From positions 171,182,001 to 171,246,000 of the forward strand of contig NC_042998.1 in NCBI RefSeq assembly GCF_006345805.1: 64,000 bases of DNA, written 5' to 3'. A program made the position numbers and the translations under genes. The notes below the pieces were generated by a model, which did no database searches, was not told where the DNA came from, and saw only the letters and a program-made list of their open reading frames with translations. Of this stretch, positions 25,388 to 38,777 are shown one piece after another. This DNA is from Octopus sinensis (lineage: Eukaryota). Each line of letters opens with the position of its first letter. Positions within the stretch are counted from its first letter, which is position 1.

Positions 25388-26030
25388 TTAACTTGTTTCA
25401 GTCATTGGACCTTGACCACTACTCTTTTACTCTTTTATTTGTTTCAGTCATTTGACTGCGGCCATGCTGGAGCACCGCCTTTAGTCGAGCAAATCGACCC
25501 CAGGAATTACTCTTTGTAAGCCTAGTACTTATTCTATCGGTCTCTTTTGCCGAACAGCTAAGTTACGGGGACGTAAACACACCAGCATCGGTTGTCAAGC
25601 GATGCTGGGGCGACAAACACAGACACACAAACACGCACACACACACACACACACCACAGACACGTAACCGTATTTCGTCTGTCGTTACGTTCCGAGTTCA
25701 AATTCCGCCGAGGTCGACTTTGCCTTTCATCCTTTCGGGGTCGATAAATAAAGTACCAGTTTCGCACTGGGTCGATGTAATCGACTTAATCCCTTTGTCT
25801 GTCCTTGTTTGTCCCCTCTGTGTTTAGCCCCTTGTGGGTAGTAAAGAAATATATATATATATATACACGACGGAATTCTTTCAGTTTCCGTCTACCAAAT
25901 CCACTCACAAGGTTTTGGTTGGCCCGAGGCTATAGTAGAAGACACTTGCCCAAGGTGCTACGCAGTAGGACTGAACCCGGAACCATGTTGGTAAGCAAGC
26001 TACTTACCACACAGTCACTCCTGCGCCTAC
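25388..26030 (-). mobile_element. SINE family A with a nested family B copy (+, ~25670-25850)
   Basis: The family A 3' and 5' halves are separated at their internal microsatellite by a family B unit. Confidence 0.8.
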
Positions 26031-26789
26031 CTTGGTGGGTTTAGTCGAAACATTGACTACAGTACTTTTTTATTTAATGTGGTGCTTATTCTATTGGTTA
26101 TTTTATTAAGTTACCTGCTTCTAGATTTCTCTCCTCGGACAGACAAATATAGCTCATCTTCCAAATTTACAGGTGTCAATTCCTACAGATCTTTTCCAAA
26201 TTGGAAACTAACTTGAAAACTGAGCAATTCCTCGGCTCCTCGGCAAGACTTCCTTTTGTACCCCCACCCCCTTTTATTATTATTTTTTTTTTCTACACAA
26301 CGTATATATGTATATATATATATGCGTGTGTTTGTCCTCCCAACATTGCTTGACAACCGATGCTGGTGTGTTCATGTCCCCGTAACTTAGCGGTAGAATA
26401 AGTACTGGGGTCGATTTGCTCGACTAAAGGCGGTGCTCCAGCATGGCCGCAGTCAAATGACTGAAACAAGTAAAAGAGTAAAAGTGTAACCCCCTGTTTT
26501 CGGCTACGGAGAATACGAATCTGCAAAGAAATTGACAAAAAATAGGGTTGGGGATGACTCTAAATTAGGATTTGGTATTGAATGCACCAGTTTCCAAAAT
26601 TTGCCACCTTTGTAGCAGGAAGTATAATAAACACGCTAATTGTAATGTTGACAAGTAGGATGTTGAAATCTGAGATTGTTCGGGTGAGGGAGGGTGAAGA
26701 TCTTGGAAATGCATAATGTTATAATTTTTGTATGTGCTTCCCTCACTTGCGTATGGTCTATGATAGTATAAATTGCAGAGAATTCTGCT

Positions 26790-26880
26790 ACTCATATATA
26801 TATTTATATATGCCTTGTGAGTGGATTTGGTAGACAGAAACTGAAAGAAGCCTGTCGTATATATGTATATATATAGTATA

Positions 26881-26924
<44 letters not shown>

Positions 26925-27145
26925 ATGTGTTTGTGTGTCTGTGTTTGTCCCCCTAGCATTGCTTGACAACCGATGCTGGTGTGTTTACGTCCCCGTCACT
27001 TAGCGGTTCGGCAAAAGAGACCGATAGAATAAGTACTGGGCTTACAAAGAATAAGTCCTGTGGTCGATTTGCTCAACTAAAGGCGGTGCACCAGCATGGC
27101 CGCAGTCAAATGACTGAAACAAGTAAAAGAGTAAAGAGTAAGAGT
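26790..27145 (+). mobile_element. SINE family A (5'-truncated)
   Basis: CTAAAGGCGGTG...CAGCATGGCCGCAGTC core and (AAGAGTA) tail. Confidence 0.8.
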
Positions 27146-27337
27146 ATAAATGTGAGTTTGGAGAGATATATTATACATGCGGATACTGTGGTGGCTCTCA
27201 GATAAGTTCCAGTTTATGGCTAACCATATCACATCAGTATTTGATATTTGTGAATACTATTAGCTGTCAGTCACTCTGTGAATTCATTTGATGGGTGATT
27301 CCGCATTCACTTCGCTGGACGGTAATATTGTCTATAG

Positions 27338-27500
27338 CAGTGCTTCTCAAACTATCTAATGTGGAGCACTGGCAGTTTTTTTTTCCCAATGTGCCAGGGA
27401 CCGGTAATATTTCTTAGTAATATTAATTTATACTGGAACCAATATATGTAATGAATATAATAAAAATTGACACTTATATTTATTTTGTAAACAAGTAATA
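27338..27500. mobile_element. hAT MITE left end (partial)
   Basis: CAGTGCTTCTCAAAC terminus; right end not found. Confidence 0.45.
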
Positions 27501-27852
27501 CAATATTACATAAGCTGATAAGTTGTTTACTGCAGTGCATAGAGCGAAATTACTGAAGTTATGCTATTGTTTCTGTCTTTTCTGGAAACTTGCTGCGTAC
27601 TGATCAGCGATGATCTGGCTCTGTCTTGCTTGCTGTAGGAGGCTTGTCTCTCTTGTCAATTATTAGATATGTTTTTCCCCTGTTGTTAAGAGTTGTTCTG
27701 ACTCTTATTTCTAGCAATGCTGGTGCTGACTAGCAACCTTAGTCACCTTAGTGACGTCTATACTTGTACTTTTTGGTTGTAAATTGCGAATAAGTCACCT
27801 TAATAATTTATAAATATATGTGTATATATATGTGTGTGTGTATGTGTGTGTG

Positions 27853-27889
<37 letters not shown>

Positions 27890-27904
27890 TTGTATATATA
27901 TCAG

Positions 27905-28760
27905 TCCTCCAGGCAATAATAGAGGAATTTAAAACGGGCTGCCCCTGGGAGTTCCTGTATGCTGATGACCTTGTTCTTATAGCTGAATTGCTACCAGAAC
28001 TAGAGAAGTTTCAAGTGTGGAAGCAAGGCCTAGAACTTAAGGCCCTTAGAGTTAATCTAGCAAAAACCTAAGTCGTAGTTGGTAGTAAAGCAGACAAATC
28101 ACAAATTCCTTCAGGACAAATTACAAATTCCCTCAGGACAAATCACAAATCCTCTCAGGGCCCTGCTCGATCTGTAGGAAAGGCATAGGTAGTAATTCCG
28201 TATGATGTATCTGGTGTAAGCAATGGATACGTAAGAGGGGCAGCAATATCAGTGAAAGGTTAACAGGGAAACTAGTTTTTGTGTGTGGAAGGGGCATAGG
28301 TACAATTAACACTAAAAATGTACAGAAAATAGACCCTATCAAATGCCAGGTGGGAAAACTAGAAGTAGTCAATAGCTTCCATTACCTAGGTGACCAAATC
28401 AGTAGGTTGGATGCTCCAAGAGTGTAGCTGCTAGAATAAGAATAGGTTGGGCAAAGTTCAGAGAGCTCCTACCTCTGTTGGTAACAAAAGGCCTCTCCTT
28501 CAGAGTGAAGGGCAGATTGTATGATGCCTGTGTGTGAACAGCTATGCTACATGGCAGTGAAACATGTGACTGCCAAGGACGTGCGTAGGCTTGAAAGAAA
28601 TGCAGCCTACTATGCTTTGCTGGGTGTGCAATGTCAGTGTGCACGTGTGACAGTGTAAATGTCTTGAAAGAAAAGTTGGGGATAAGAAGCATTAGATGTG
28701 GCATGAAAGAGAGACAACTGCATTAGTATGGTCATGTGATGCATATGGATATTTGTAACC
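27905..28760 (+). mobile_element. RTE LINE RT fragment
   Basis: GCPWEFLYADDLVLIAE; downstream YLGD / WAKFRELLPLL / MLHGSET motifs. Confidence 0.85.
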
Positions 28761-31219
28761 ATGTTTATAATATACCAGCACTATGACCCTGCAACGCCGG
28801 GTCATAGTACTAGTGCATGCATATACAACTGCATGTGTGCGCACATACACGCGAGTACTGTCCAAATCTCTGACCAATCACATACAGCTAGCTGGCATTC
28901 AATTGGCGTATCAAGTTTCGGGCATTTTGATTGGGATTTGGATAGAAAGTTCACAAAAAAGTCACTTCTATTGATTTTTTAATGGCTTTGTGGGGTGACT
29001 GGGGAAATGTAAAGATGTGCACGACCACCCTTGGACGGTTTTAAATAACCATAGAAAGTGTGAGCCCTCTAACTGAAAAATTGTGGATTTGTATAAAGGA
29101 CATGCACGCAGACATTTTGCCATTTATATATAGAGAGATTAAGTCTATTCATACATGCAAATGTGGTTGTATATATATCTGTTTATAGTCATCATAAAAA
29201 TTGTTATACATACATAAGGCTATGGTGGAAGAAATTTGCCCAGGGTGCTGCACAGTTTATCAAACTTGAAAAGTCTTTGTTGCAAAGTAAACTTTTTAAT
29301 TACATAGTCATGCCTACATTGAAATTGTATCAATTACCTGAAAGACTCCTCCTTAGAAGTTGCTGATAACTTTTACTACCAAGGTAATCTAATTTGTAGT
29401 TGAAGGTGAATGTTTTGAAAACATTGTAGCCAGAATAAGAATGGGTTTGAAAAAATTCAGTGAGTTATTACTTATACTTGTAACAAAGGGCTCCCCCCTT
29501 TCTGGTTACAGGAAAGATTGATGATGCAGTTGTATGAATTATGATGTGGATTTTGAGTGCAGAGGATTTGCAAAGACTAGAAAAAAGAAGAAAGTGTCTT
29601 CTTTGGGCCAACAAATGCCTTGGGAGTAAATCTGGTTAATAGAAACTGCAAGAAGTCCATTGTGTGTGTATGTATGTGTGTGTGCATGTATGGATATTGA
29701 TATTTCATGCTTGTCACCACTTGAGTGAAACAGTGATGATGTTGACTTTCCTTGTTAATATTGGTAAAAAATTTGGCCAGCAATCTTGGGGGAGGAGTAA
29801 GCTGATTACATCGACTCTAATACACAACTGGTACTTATTTTATTGGAAAGGATGAAAGGCAAAGTCAACCCTAGCAACATTTGAACTCAGAACATAGAAG
29901 AAATGCTGCCAAGCTTTTTGTCTGGCACTGTAATGGTTCTGCCAGCTCATCACCTTAATTCCTTGTTAATATTGGTTTTAAATTTTGGCATAAGGTCAGC
30001 AAGTTCAATGACATTGACCCCAGTGTTTAACTGGTACTTATTTTATTGACCCTGAAAGGATGGAAGGTAAAGTTGATCTTGGCAGATTCCTTGTTAATAT
30101 TGATAAATATTCAACTATGGACATAATAGGTCTTGAGTTCAAATCTACTGCAATGTTTTATTGTGTTTAAACATGTCACATTTCTAGGGGTCTCATTTCA
30201 CCTTTTGGAGATATCAAACATTCTGGTGATTGTTTTTTTTTTTTACTAAGGTTGTGATATATCTTTCTTCCTTGAATGGGAATGATGATGATGATCATCT
30301 TTTTAATGCCCACTTTTCCATGCATTCATCAAGACAGATTTTCTGTGGCCAGACATTCTTCCGGTTCCCAACCCTCACCTGTCTCCAAGCAATGAAATAA
30401 TATTTATTTTTCAGGAATATTATTAGCACTGCCATGTCACTGAAGACTGAGTTTCACATACATTCCTAGATATAACTTTTTATTAATTCCCTTGTAAGCC
30501 TTCTTTTAACTATAGTTCAGTCTTATAGCATAACAAAAGAACATTCATTTTGTATTTCTGCCAAAATGTTAAAAGAAAAGAAAATACAAAAACTAAAATA
30601 TGTCCATTGTCTCAGTAAAACAAAAGAGTATTAAATCCCTATTGCCATACTTCATGTCAGTATGTATAGTGTGGTCATCAACAACATAGCGATATGTCAC
30701 CTTAGGGGCTCTGAATCTGTGGTTTGCACCTAGTTGTTTAACTGTTACATGTAATAGGTCAGCTTGACCAAGGTTAAGCTAGAAGTACATTACTACAAAA
30801 AAAAAAAATGCCCTCCTTATAGGAATATTTTACTTAATACTGTTAAGTAAAATTTCTATATGTGACAGTATATTTAATGTTGATCACATTAATGTTTAAA
30901 ATATATTTAATATTGCTACAAAATAATATTTAGTCTTGTTTAAAATAAACCTAAATATCCTCCGTCTCCTCCTCCTCATCATCATTTAATGTTTATTTTC
31001 CATGCTGGCATGGGTTGGACAAAATAAGCCTAAATATATTTTAAGCATATGAATATAATATCAATATTAATCCTCTCGGTTTTCCATTGTCTACAAAGTG
31101 GGTCTCAACAATTCTATCTTGCCAGTGTAAAATTATGACATTGCTTACATAATAAAATAATGCATTAACTTGTATGGCATTTTTACGATAGTAAATATGA
31201 CATTTTAAGGTACACCAAC

Positions 31220-31642
31220 ATCAAAAATCAATGGAAACTGCAGTTGTGATCCCTGTGCTGGTGGCACGTAAAAAGCACCATCCGAATGTGGCCGATGCCA
31301 GCGCCGCCTAGACTGGCTTCCGTGCCGGTGGCACGTAAAAAGTGCTATCCGAATGTGACCGATGCCAGCGCTGCCTTGACTGGCTTCCATGCCGGTGGCA
31401 CATAAAAAGCACCAATCCAATCGTGGCTGTTGCCAGCTTCGCCTGGCACCTGTGCCGGTGGCACATAAAAAGCACCCACTACACTCACGGAGTGGTTGGC
31501 GTTAGGAAGGGCATCCAGCTGTAGAAACACTGCCAGATCAGACTGGAGCCTGGTGCAGCCTTCTGGCTTCCCAGATCCCCGGTCGAATCGTCCAACCCAT
31601 GCTAGCATGGAGAACGGACGTTAAACGATGATGATGATGATG
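31220..31642 (+). mobile_element. RTE LINE 3' UTR copy
   Basis: Tandem GTGCCGGTGGCAC units, GGTTGGCGTTAGGAAGGGCATCC, (GAT)n tail. Confidence 0.85.
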
Positions 31643-32490
31643 AAGGTAGTAAATGCTTTCGCCTTCACTCTGATTTCCTCATGAAATATCTTAGGAAATA
31701 ATTGGTTTTTGTAACAATAGTTATATCGTTATCAACACTGAAGATGATTTATTTCTTAAACACAGTTTTTATATATTTGTTTTAATATTTAAATTCACTC
31801 AATAACATCCTAAAAAGAAATAAGGTCCAACCATCTGACCCTTGTGACCCATTCTCTATCTTAAGATTTGGATTTTTCACTTTTTAATATTATGAATAAG
31901 TATTTTACATTCTGAGTTAAAGTTCTACTAAGGTCAATTTCACCAGTCATCCCTTTGGGGTTGATAAAATAAGCACCAGTTAATTACTGGGGTCAATGAA
32001 ATTGACTTACCCTGTCCCCCAGAAATTGCTGGCCTTGCACCAAAATTTGAAACCAGGATTATGAGTAAGTTTGGTAAGCTGGTAGCATTGTTAGCATGTT
32101 GAACAAAATGCTTAACAGCATTTCATATGGCCCTTTATGTTCTGAATTCAAATCTTGCTGAGGTCACCTTTGCCTTTTGTGCTTTCAGGGTTGAGAAAAT
32201 AATATCAGTTGGATTCTGGGATTGACATAATCAGCTTACACCCTACCCCCAAAATTGCTGGCTTTGTACAAAACTATGAAGAGAATACTATGATTAAGTT
32301 CAAATAATGAAAGCAAACAGTTTTGTCACTTGAATTTACCCTCATATATTACTGGTATTTATCAAGCCTGTGTAACAAGTGATACAAAGCAAAGATGATG
32401 CTGGTGAGATTTGAATTAAAAACAGAGATAATAAAAATTAAATCTTGATACAGTTAATATAATAACAGTTTTCTTTTTCGGTCACTGCAG

Positions 32491-32608
32491 AGCAAGAATA
32501 GTACTCTAGTAATATGTAAAAATTTACTTATGAAGTCCGACTATGCTCCACTAATACCATCAGTTTTTCAAGACATCGAAACACTTTGGAGTTCTGCTTA
32601 TTGTTCAA
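32491..32608 (+). CDS. OSTM1: OSTM1 exon 2
   Basis: Acceptor CTGCAG, donor GTAAGT; SKNSTLVICKNLLMKSDYAPLIPSVFQDIETLWSSAYCS (human CARSLLMAD...TTWQEANC); 118 nt, phase 0 to 1. Confidence 0.9.
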
Positions 32609-32689
32609 GTAAGTATATTTTTTTTTCTTTTAATCTACTTTTGTACTTTCACTGATTTAAATTTAAAAACCAAAAATTGTATCCAAAGA

Positions 32690-33612
32690 GGGTGAACTGT
32701 AATGGGCAAGCAACTAGAGTATTGACCTGCTATTCACAGTGACAAAGGGTCTCTCGCTCAGAGTGAAAGGTAGATTGTACGATGTGTGTGTGTGAACTGC
32801 CATGCTTCATGGCAGTGAAACATGGGCTGTGACTGCAGAGGACATGCATAGGCTCAAAAGAAATGAAGCTAGCATGATCCGCTGGATGTGTAATGTCAGT
32901 GTGTACACACAACAAAGTGTAAGCACCCTGAGAGAAATGTTAGACATAAGAAGCATCAGATGTGGTGTGTAAGATAGACGTTTGCGTTAGTATGGTCACA
33001 TACTGCAGATGGGCAAGGAGAGCTGTGTGAAGAAGTGCCATCCCCAAACAGTGGAAGGAATCTGGGGTAGAGGTAGACCCAAGAAGACATGGGATGAGGA
33101 GGTGAGGCATGACCTTCAAACGTTGGGCCTCACAGAGGCAATGACAAAAGACTGAGACCTTTGGAGGTATACAGTGACTGAGAAGACCTAGCAAATAATG
33201 TGAGTTCACAGCTGTAACCTCACCAATGTCGCATAACCAGCCCACTCAAAAGTATGCTGGATTGTAGGGTGACATGCCATTCTTGAGGAGACCTATTGAG
33301 TCAAGTACATCAGCATCAACTCAAATCAAATTACAATCATATGGAAATTGTAGCTGTGACCCCTGTGCTGATCGCACGTAAAAAGCACCATCTGATTGTG
33401 GCCGATGCCAGCTCCTTTGGCCCCTATGATGGTAGCACATAAAAAGCACCCACAACACTCTCAGAGTGGTTGGCGTTAGGAAGGGCATCCAGCTGTAGAA
33501 ACACTGCCAGATCAAATTGGGGTCTGGTGCAGCCTCCTGGCTTCCCAGTCCCCAGTCGAACTGTCCAACCCATGCCAGCATGGAAAATGGACGTTAAACG
33601 ATGATGATGATG
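32690..33612 (+). mobile_element. RTE LINE 3' part (RT C-terminus plus 3' UTR)
   Basis: MLHGSET / GRPKKTW-like motifs run into the tandem-hairpin 3' UTR and (GAT)n tail. Confidence 0.85.
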
Positions 33613-33619
33613 ATTGGAT

Positions 33620-34325
33620 ATTAATCTTGAGATTGCTCCAATCTGGCCAGCCCATCTTTTCTCAACTCTTTCTGCCCCCTCTCTCTCACATTTCTTTACC
33701 TTTCTTACTCACTTTTCACTTCACTATGTCCCTGTCTCTCTCTTTTTTTTCTTGCCACTCCTTGATTCTTCCGCTTATCTACTTCTACACACTCTCTCTC
33801 TTTTCCCCCTCCTTAATTTCTTTGTTCCTCTTTTTCTCTCTCTTCTCTTCTCACGTGACCGTTGGCTGACTGCTAGCCCTTTTGACTGCCACATCGATAT
33901 TCTTCCCTTTGCTGTAAGGCTTCATTTCCACACAAGCCAGCTGAATTCAATTCGTCCCCAGTCGAAAGGCACCTGTTGTTATGTCCTGTTATTATTATTA
34001 TTATTGTTATTTTTATTGTATTTTTGTATTTATATTCATGTAACATCATCTGTTATTCTGTCCTCCTCTTCGTATACAGTCGATGCTTTTTTCCCAAGGA
34101 ATCTAATGCTCTTAGCTTAGTTTTTCCTTGGCACTGGATCGATCTCAAGATTAATCAGCCGAAATTGCGGAGATGGTCCAGTTTTTGACTGAAGATAAAA
34201 GGCTTCAAATGACCCGTCCTTGTTTTTTTGTATTGTCTATTTGGATGTTTTGTTGTCCCTTTTTGTATCACCAGGTTGTCTGGATGTTTTGTGTTCTTGT
34301 CCCGGTTTGCATTTTATTTTATATA
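33620..34325 (+). mobile_element. Non-coding Penelope-like element (family 2) with an inverted ribozyme fragment at its 5' end
   Basis: Colinear with 60478-61412; 33620-33653 is the reverse complement of the GGGCTGGCC...AGCAATCTCAAGATTAAT segment; ends in (TA)n. Confidence 0.7.
34077..34211 (+). ncRNA. Permuted hammerhead-like motif, decayed copy
   Basis: AUC^UCAAGA (34145-50), GAAA 34161-64, UUUUGA-CUGAAGA 34183-95; the stem II 5' strand is disrupted. Confidence 0.5.
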
Positions 34326-34379
34326 TATATAGTGGCGTACGTACACTTTGTCCTCTTATATATATATATATATGCAGCA

Positions 34380-35052
34380 GGAGTTGGACTTGATTTACAG
34401 CTGAGGATAATAATATGCAGTTTAATGCTGAAAAATTCCAAGCCCTGTGCTACTAGCATCCAAAACTAAATATGAAACTTACAGGGTACACCAGTCCACA
34501 GGGAATTTCAATCCCAGAGCCTAAATCAGTGAGGGACCTGGGTATCGACATGAGTGATGATACCTCTTTCCAAGTGCACATTACCAGGATGGCGACAAAG
34601 TGCAGACAACTGGCTGGATGGATCCTAAGAACATTCAAAACCAGAGATAAGGAAACCATGATGGTCCTCTGGCAGACATTCATCCTCAGCTGCCTGGATT
34701 ACTGCTCACAGCTATGGCCACCCACCAGTGTGAAATTAACAGCAGACCTTGAAGCAATCCAGAGAAGATTCACAAAGAAGATCGTCTCTTTGCAACAGCT
34801 CAGTTACTGGGAAAGATTGAAACAGTTAAGACTCTACTCCCTGGAGAGAAGACGGGAGAAGGCAGTAATATATATCTAGAAGATACTGGAAGGAATTGTG
34901 CCAAATTTTGGAATTGAAAGCTACACCAATGCCAGAACGGGACAACACTGCATAGTGCCAAAGATCCCAGCAACGCCATTGCACTTCAGGACCAGTTACT
35001 GCAACAACCTGTGTTTCAGGGGCCCACAGCTTTTTAATATTTTCCCAAAGAC
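34380..35052 (+). mobile_element. CR1-clade LINE RT C-terminus
   Basis: ORF 34472..34879: VRDLGIDM...SCLDYCSQLWPP...LEAIQRRFTKKI...LYSLERRRE. Confidence 0.85.
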
Positions 35053-35161
35053 TGAGTGCTGGCGAATCAGATGGCTGCACCAGGCTCCAATCTGATCTGG
35101 CAGAGTTTCTATAGCTAGATGCCCTTCCTAACGCCAACCACTCCGAGAGTATAGTGGGTGC

Positions 35162-35202
<41 letters not shown>

Positions 35203-35258
35203 CTTTGATCTAGAATGGATGTTAACCATTCTGATATTGAAATTTGTTTAATTTCCAG

Positions 35259-35368
35259 GTTGCTATAGTGTGACTGAAGATAAAGTTGAGCTGAACAATA
35301 AAACTGTTAAATTCATTGACAGCTATAAGGAAATGATTGCCTGCTTTGAAAATAATACACTTAATCAG
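35259..35368 (+). CDS. OSTM1: OSTM1 exon 3
   Basis: Acceptor TTCCAG, donor GTACGT; (S)CYSVTEDKVELNNKTVKFIDSYKEMIACFENNTLNQ (human CLTNNSEELSNSTVYFL...TCFEHNLQ); 110 nt, phase 1 to 0. Confidence 0.9.
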
Positions 35369-36482
35369 GTACGTCACTTCTTTTTCTTTTTTTTTTCATC
35401 TTGAGACAACGTTTACAACTCTCAAACCACTAACAGCAACAACAATCCCATCATCTTACTTTCATGCGTCCACCAGTGCTACAAGCCAGTAAGACTTTCT
35501 GAATGATATTCCTAACCAAAAATTACCTTGCAGTTATTTAGTAGTGTGGCCCACTTGATGATGAGCTATATCTCGTGCAACTCACTTCTCATCAAAGGTT
35601 GCCCATGTCTGCTCTACGTGTTTCTTTGACTTTTTAACTATAGCAGCCAAATCCCCACTCAACTGTCTTACAAAATCTAATAGAGGAAAGCCATATAAGA
35701 TATTGTCATCTTAGATACGCCAGTGCAGCAGGGATGGTCACATATAGAATGCTTTTGGTCACAAATTAGAAATGGTCCTGGATTAAACAGAGTCAGAAGA
35801 AGCGTCACTAAGCATAGAGACACTAATGATTCTTCCAGCTCACTGCCAATAACAATTAGGTACCTTCAGGTTAACAAAGTATCAGACCCATTGTGTTTCA
35901 GTTATTTCCCTTTAGAGTCTGAGAACAAAACTCACCATACTTTTCAATCTTCTTAAGCATACTTTTCAATCTTCTGATCTGAATAATATAAGCATCAACC
36001 TTCCCTTCCCCAAACTTAATATTCTTATACTGATGCTATACATCATTATTACTATTGTTATACTGCTAGAAACTGAATCCATGGATTTGTGTGTTATGTT
36101 CTGGGAAATAACATCTGTTGATTCCCTGTGAGGCCTTCCCATGGCTCATGGTTTGGCCTGCTTTTTATTAAAGCTAGAATATGAAGGAGACATTGTTAGA
36201 GATGTCAAAGAAGGGATTGTGAGAGAGGTATGTAGTTTATTGTGTACTATTGTAGAAAGCAGAGACACAGTATAACTGCTGGGAGTATGGCCCCTGGCAA
36301 AAATAAATGTTAAAACGATGTGGATGAAATTTGGATTAGGCACTAGGAACAGTTTTGGCGAGGTGTAGTCTATTGTTTTGAATCTAGTTAGACAACTATT
36401 ACTTATTTTATTAATATATATCAATAAGCTGGTCACTGGGGAGAATACATGTCTAGATGTTCACATTGCATCCCATATAATT

Positions 36483-36860
36483 CATCGTCATCATCATCAT
36501 CGTTTAACGTCCGTTTTCCGTGCTAGCACGGGTTGGACGGTTCGACCGGGGTCTGGGAAGCCAGGAGGCTGCACCAGTCTGATCTGGCAGTGTTTCTACA
36601 GCTGGATGCCCTTCCTAACGCCAACCACTCCGTGAGTGTAGTGGGTGCCTTTTACGTGCCACCGGCACAGGTACCAGGGGAGGCTGGCAGTGGCCATGAT
36701 CGGTTGGTGCTTTTTATGTGCCACCGGCACAGAAGCCAGTCAAAGCGGCGCTGGCATCGGCCACGTTCGGATGGTACTTTTTACACCATGTTCGGATGGT
36801 GCTTTTTACGAGGCCACGTTTGGATGGTGCTTTTTACAGGCCACGTTCGGATGGTGCTAA
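36483..36860 (-). mobile_element. RTE LINE 3' UTR copy
   Basis: Inverted relative to 31220-31642. Confidence 0.85.
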
Positions 36861-37531
36861 TTCATCATTGAATATTGGTATGTACAGTATGGTCCTCAGG
36901 TAGTGGTTTCATTTATCTGGAACAACAGAATTGTGGGTCTTATCTACTAATTTGGTCAACTATCTGCTTGCCATAGGTCCACATGATTAGGACTGGTTTA
37001 CACAACAACAACTGTCAAGAGGTGCAGGGTGAAATCAACTCTTTTAAGATTTGAGCTTGAAATGTTGAGAGTTGAAACTAAGTACTGCAAGATATTTAGA
37101 TAGTTTTCACTCTGTATCAAATAACCATTCATGTAGCACTGTTGGTTGGTGAGTGTGTAGTGGTGTGCAGAAATTCTAGTGTGCACAAAAGCCATGTGAA
37201 AATGTAGAAGGGTTTCCATAGCCTTCCACCCACCATCACCAATAATGACCCCCATGAAGGTGCTTCTATGTAATCACTAAACCTAGCAGAAAAAAAAGTG
37301 TCAAATTTGGGAATAGGGTAAGGAGGAGTAACTCAGTTGTGCATAGCATAAGAATTTTCTGTTTGAATATACTGGTCTTCATACCGCACTGATATAACCA
37401 CGCACAGACACAATTAATAATTCTTTATCTGAAAATCTGAAAACTTCAAAAGTCTGAAGTTTTTTTTTCTAAGTGAAAGAAACAGCATGGCCATACGTTA
37501 CTTGATATATATATATATATAAATATACACA

Positions 37532-38730
37532 CAGTAATCCCTCGACTATTGCGATTGTTACGTTCCAAAACCCCACCACAATAGGTGAAAATCCAAGAAG
37601 TAGAAACAGTACTGTACAGTATATTTTTTAAAATTATTTTTATAATTTGTATATATTTATTTTCTTATAAATGCAAAACAACACCACATACTCGCTTCCC
37701 GACTTTATTTTCCATACAGTATGTGTGGTTCTTTGTTTACTCATCTATGGTACACTATGTATTTTCTTTTAATATATCTTAATTAATGTGTTATACAGTG
37801 TAGTACTGTAATGTATTTGGTAAATTTTTATATTAACACCTGCATGATTTTCACTAAGAAAATAATCAACTCGGATTTTTTGCATGGAATCAAGTACTCT
37901 GATCTCCTAATATGCTGCAAATCCCTTATTTTGGTTTGGAAAAAGGTGGTGGTGGTGGTGGTGGGATTAGGGGGAGACCTCCCCCCCATCCTGGAAACAT
38001 TGGAAATTTTTTTTTTGTTGAATGAATTCCTGTGACCTTCTAATATGCTACAAAACCCTTTTTGGTGTCTGAAAAATGGGGTGGGGTGATGTGGAAGCCT
38101 TGGAGATTCCACCCCCCATCCCCATTGATCTTTTCACCTGCACGATTTTCACTAAGGAAAAAAAATGAAAAAGTTGGATTTTTTTGCATGGAATCAAGTA
38201 CCCTGACCTAATATGCTGCAAACCTCTTATTTTGTTTCAGAAAAAAAGGGGGTGGTAAACCAGAGCTTCCCCGCTCATATCCCTGAATCATTGGAAATTT
38301 TTTTTTCTGGTGTTGAATGAGTTCCAGTGACCTCCTAATATACTACAAAACTTATTTTGTGTCCGGAAAATGGGGTGGGGGTCACAGGAATTCATTCAAC
38401 AAAAGAATTTCCAACGATTCTAGGATGGGGGGCGTCCCCCCTCGCCCCTGGCTCTCCCCATTTTTACGAACCAAACTAAGGGATTTGCAGTATATTAGGA
38501 GCTCAGGATACTTGATTCCATGCAAAAAATCTGAGTTTTTTTTTTTTTTTGTTAGTGAAAATCGTGTGGGTGTTAATATAGAAATTTACCAAAAATTTTA
38601 ATACCTATCAACTGTAGAAACCTGCGATATACTGAGGAGTCCGCAATATAAATTTACCTATATTAGCCAGAAAAATCCATTATATACTGAGGGTGCAATA
38701 GGTGAACCACGTTATGGTGAGTGATTACTG
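37532..38730. mobile_element. Tigger/pogo-like non-autonomous element
   Basis: TIR CAGTAATCCCTCG / GGTGAGTGATTACTG followed by TA. Confidence 0.65.
37816..38593. mobile_element. Nested foldback-like element with ~215-bp inverted arms and internal ~290-bp tandem units
   Basis: TTTGGTAAATTTTTATATTAACACC / GGTGTTAATATAGAAATTTACCAAA; arms ~37816-38035 vs ~38373-38593. Confidence 0.7.
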
Positions 38731-38734
38731 TATG

Positions 38735-38775
<41 letters not shown>

Positions 38776-38777
<2 letters not shown>

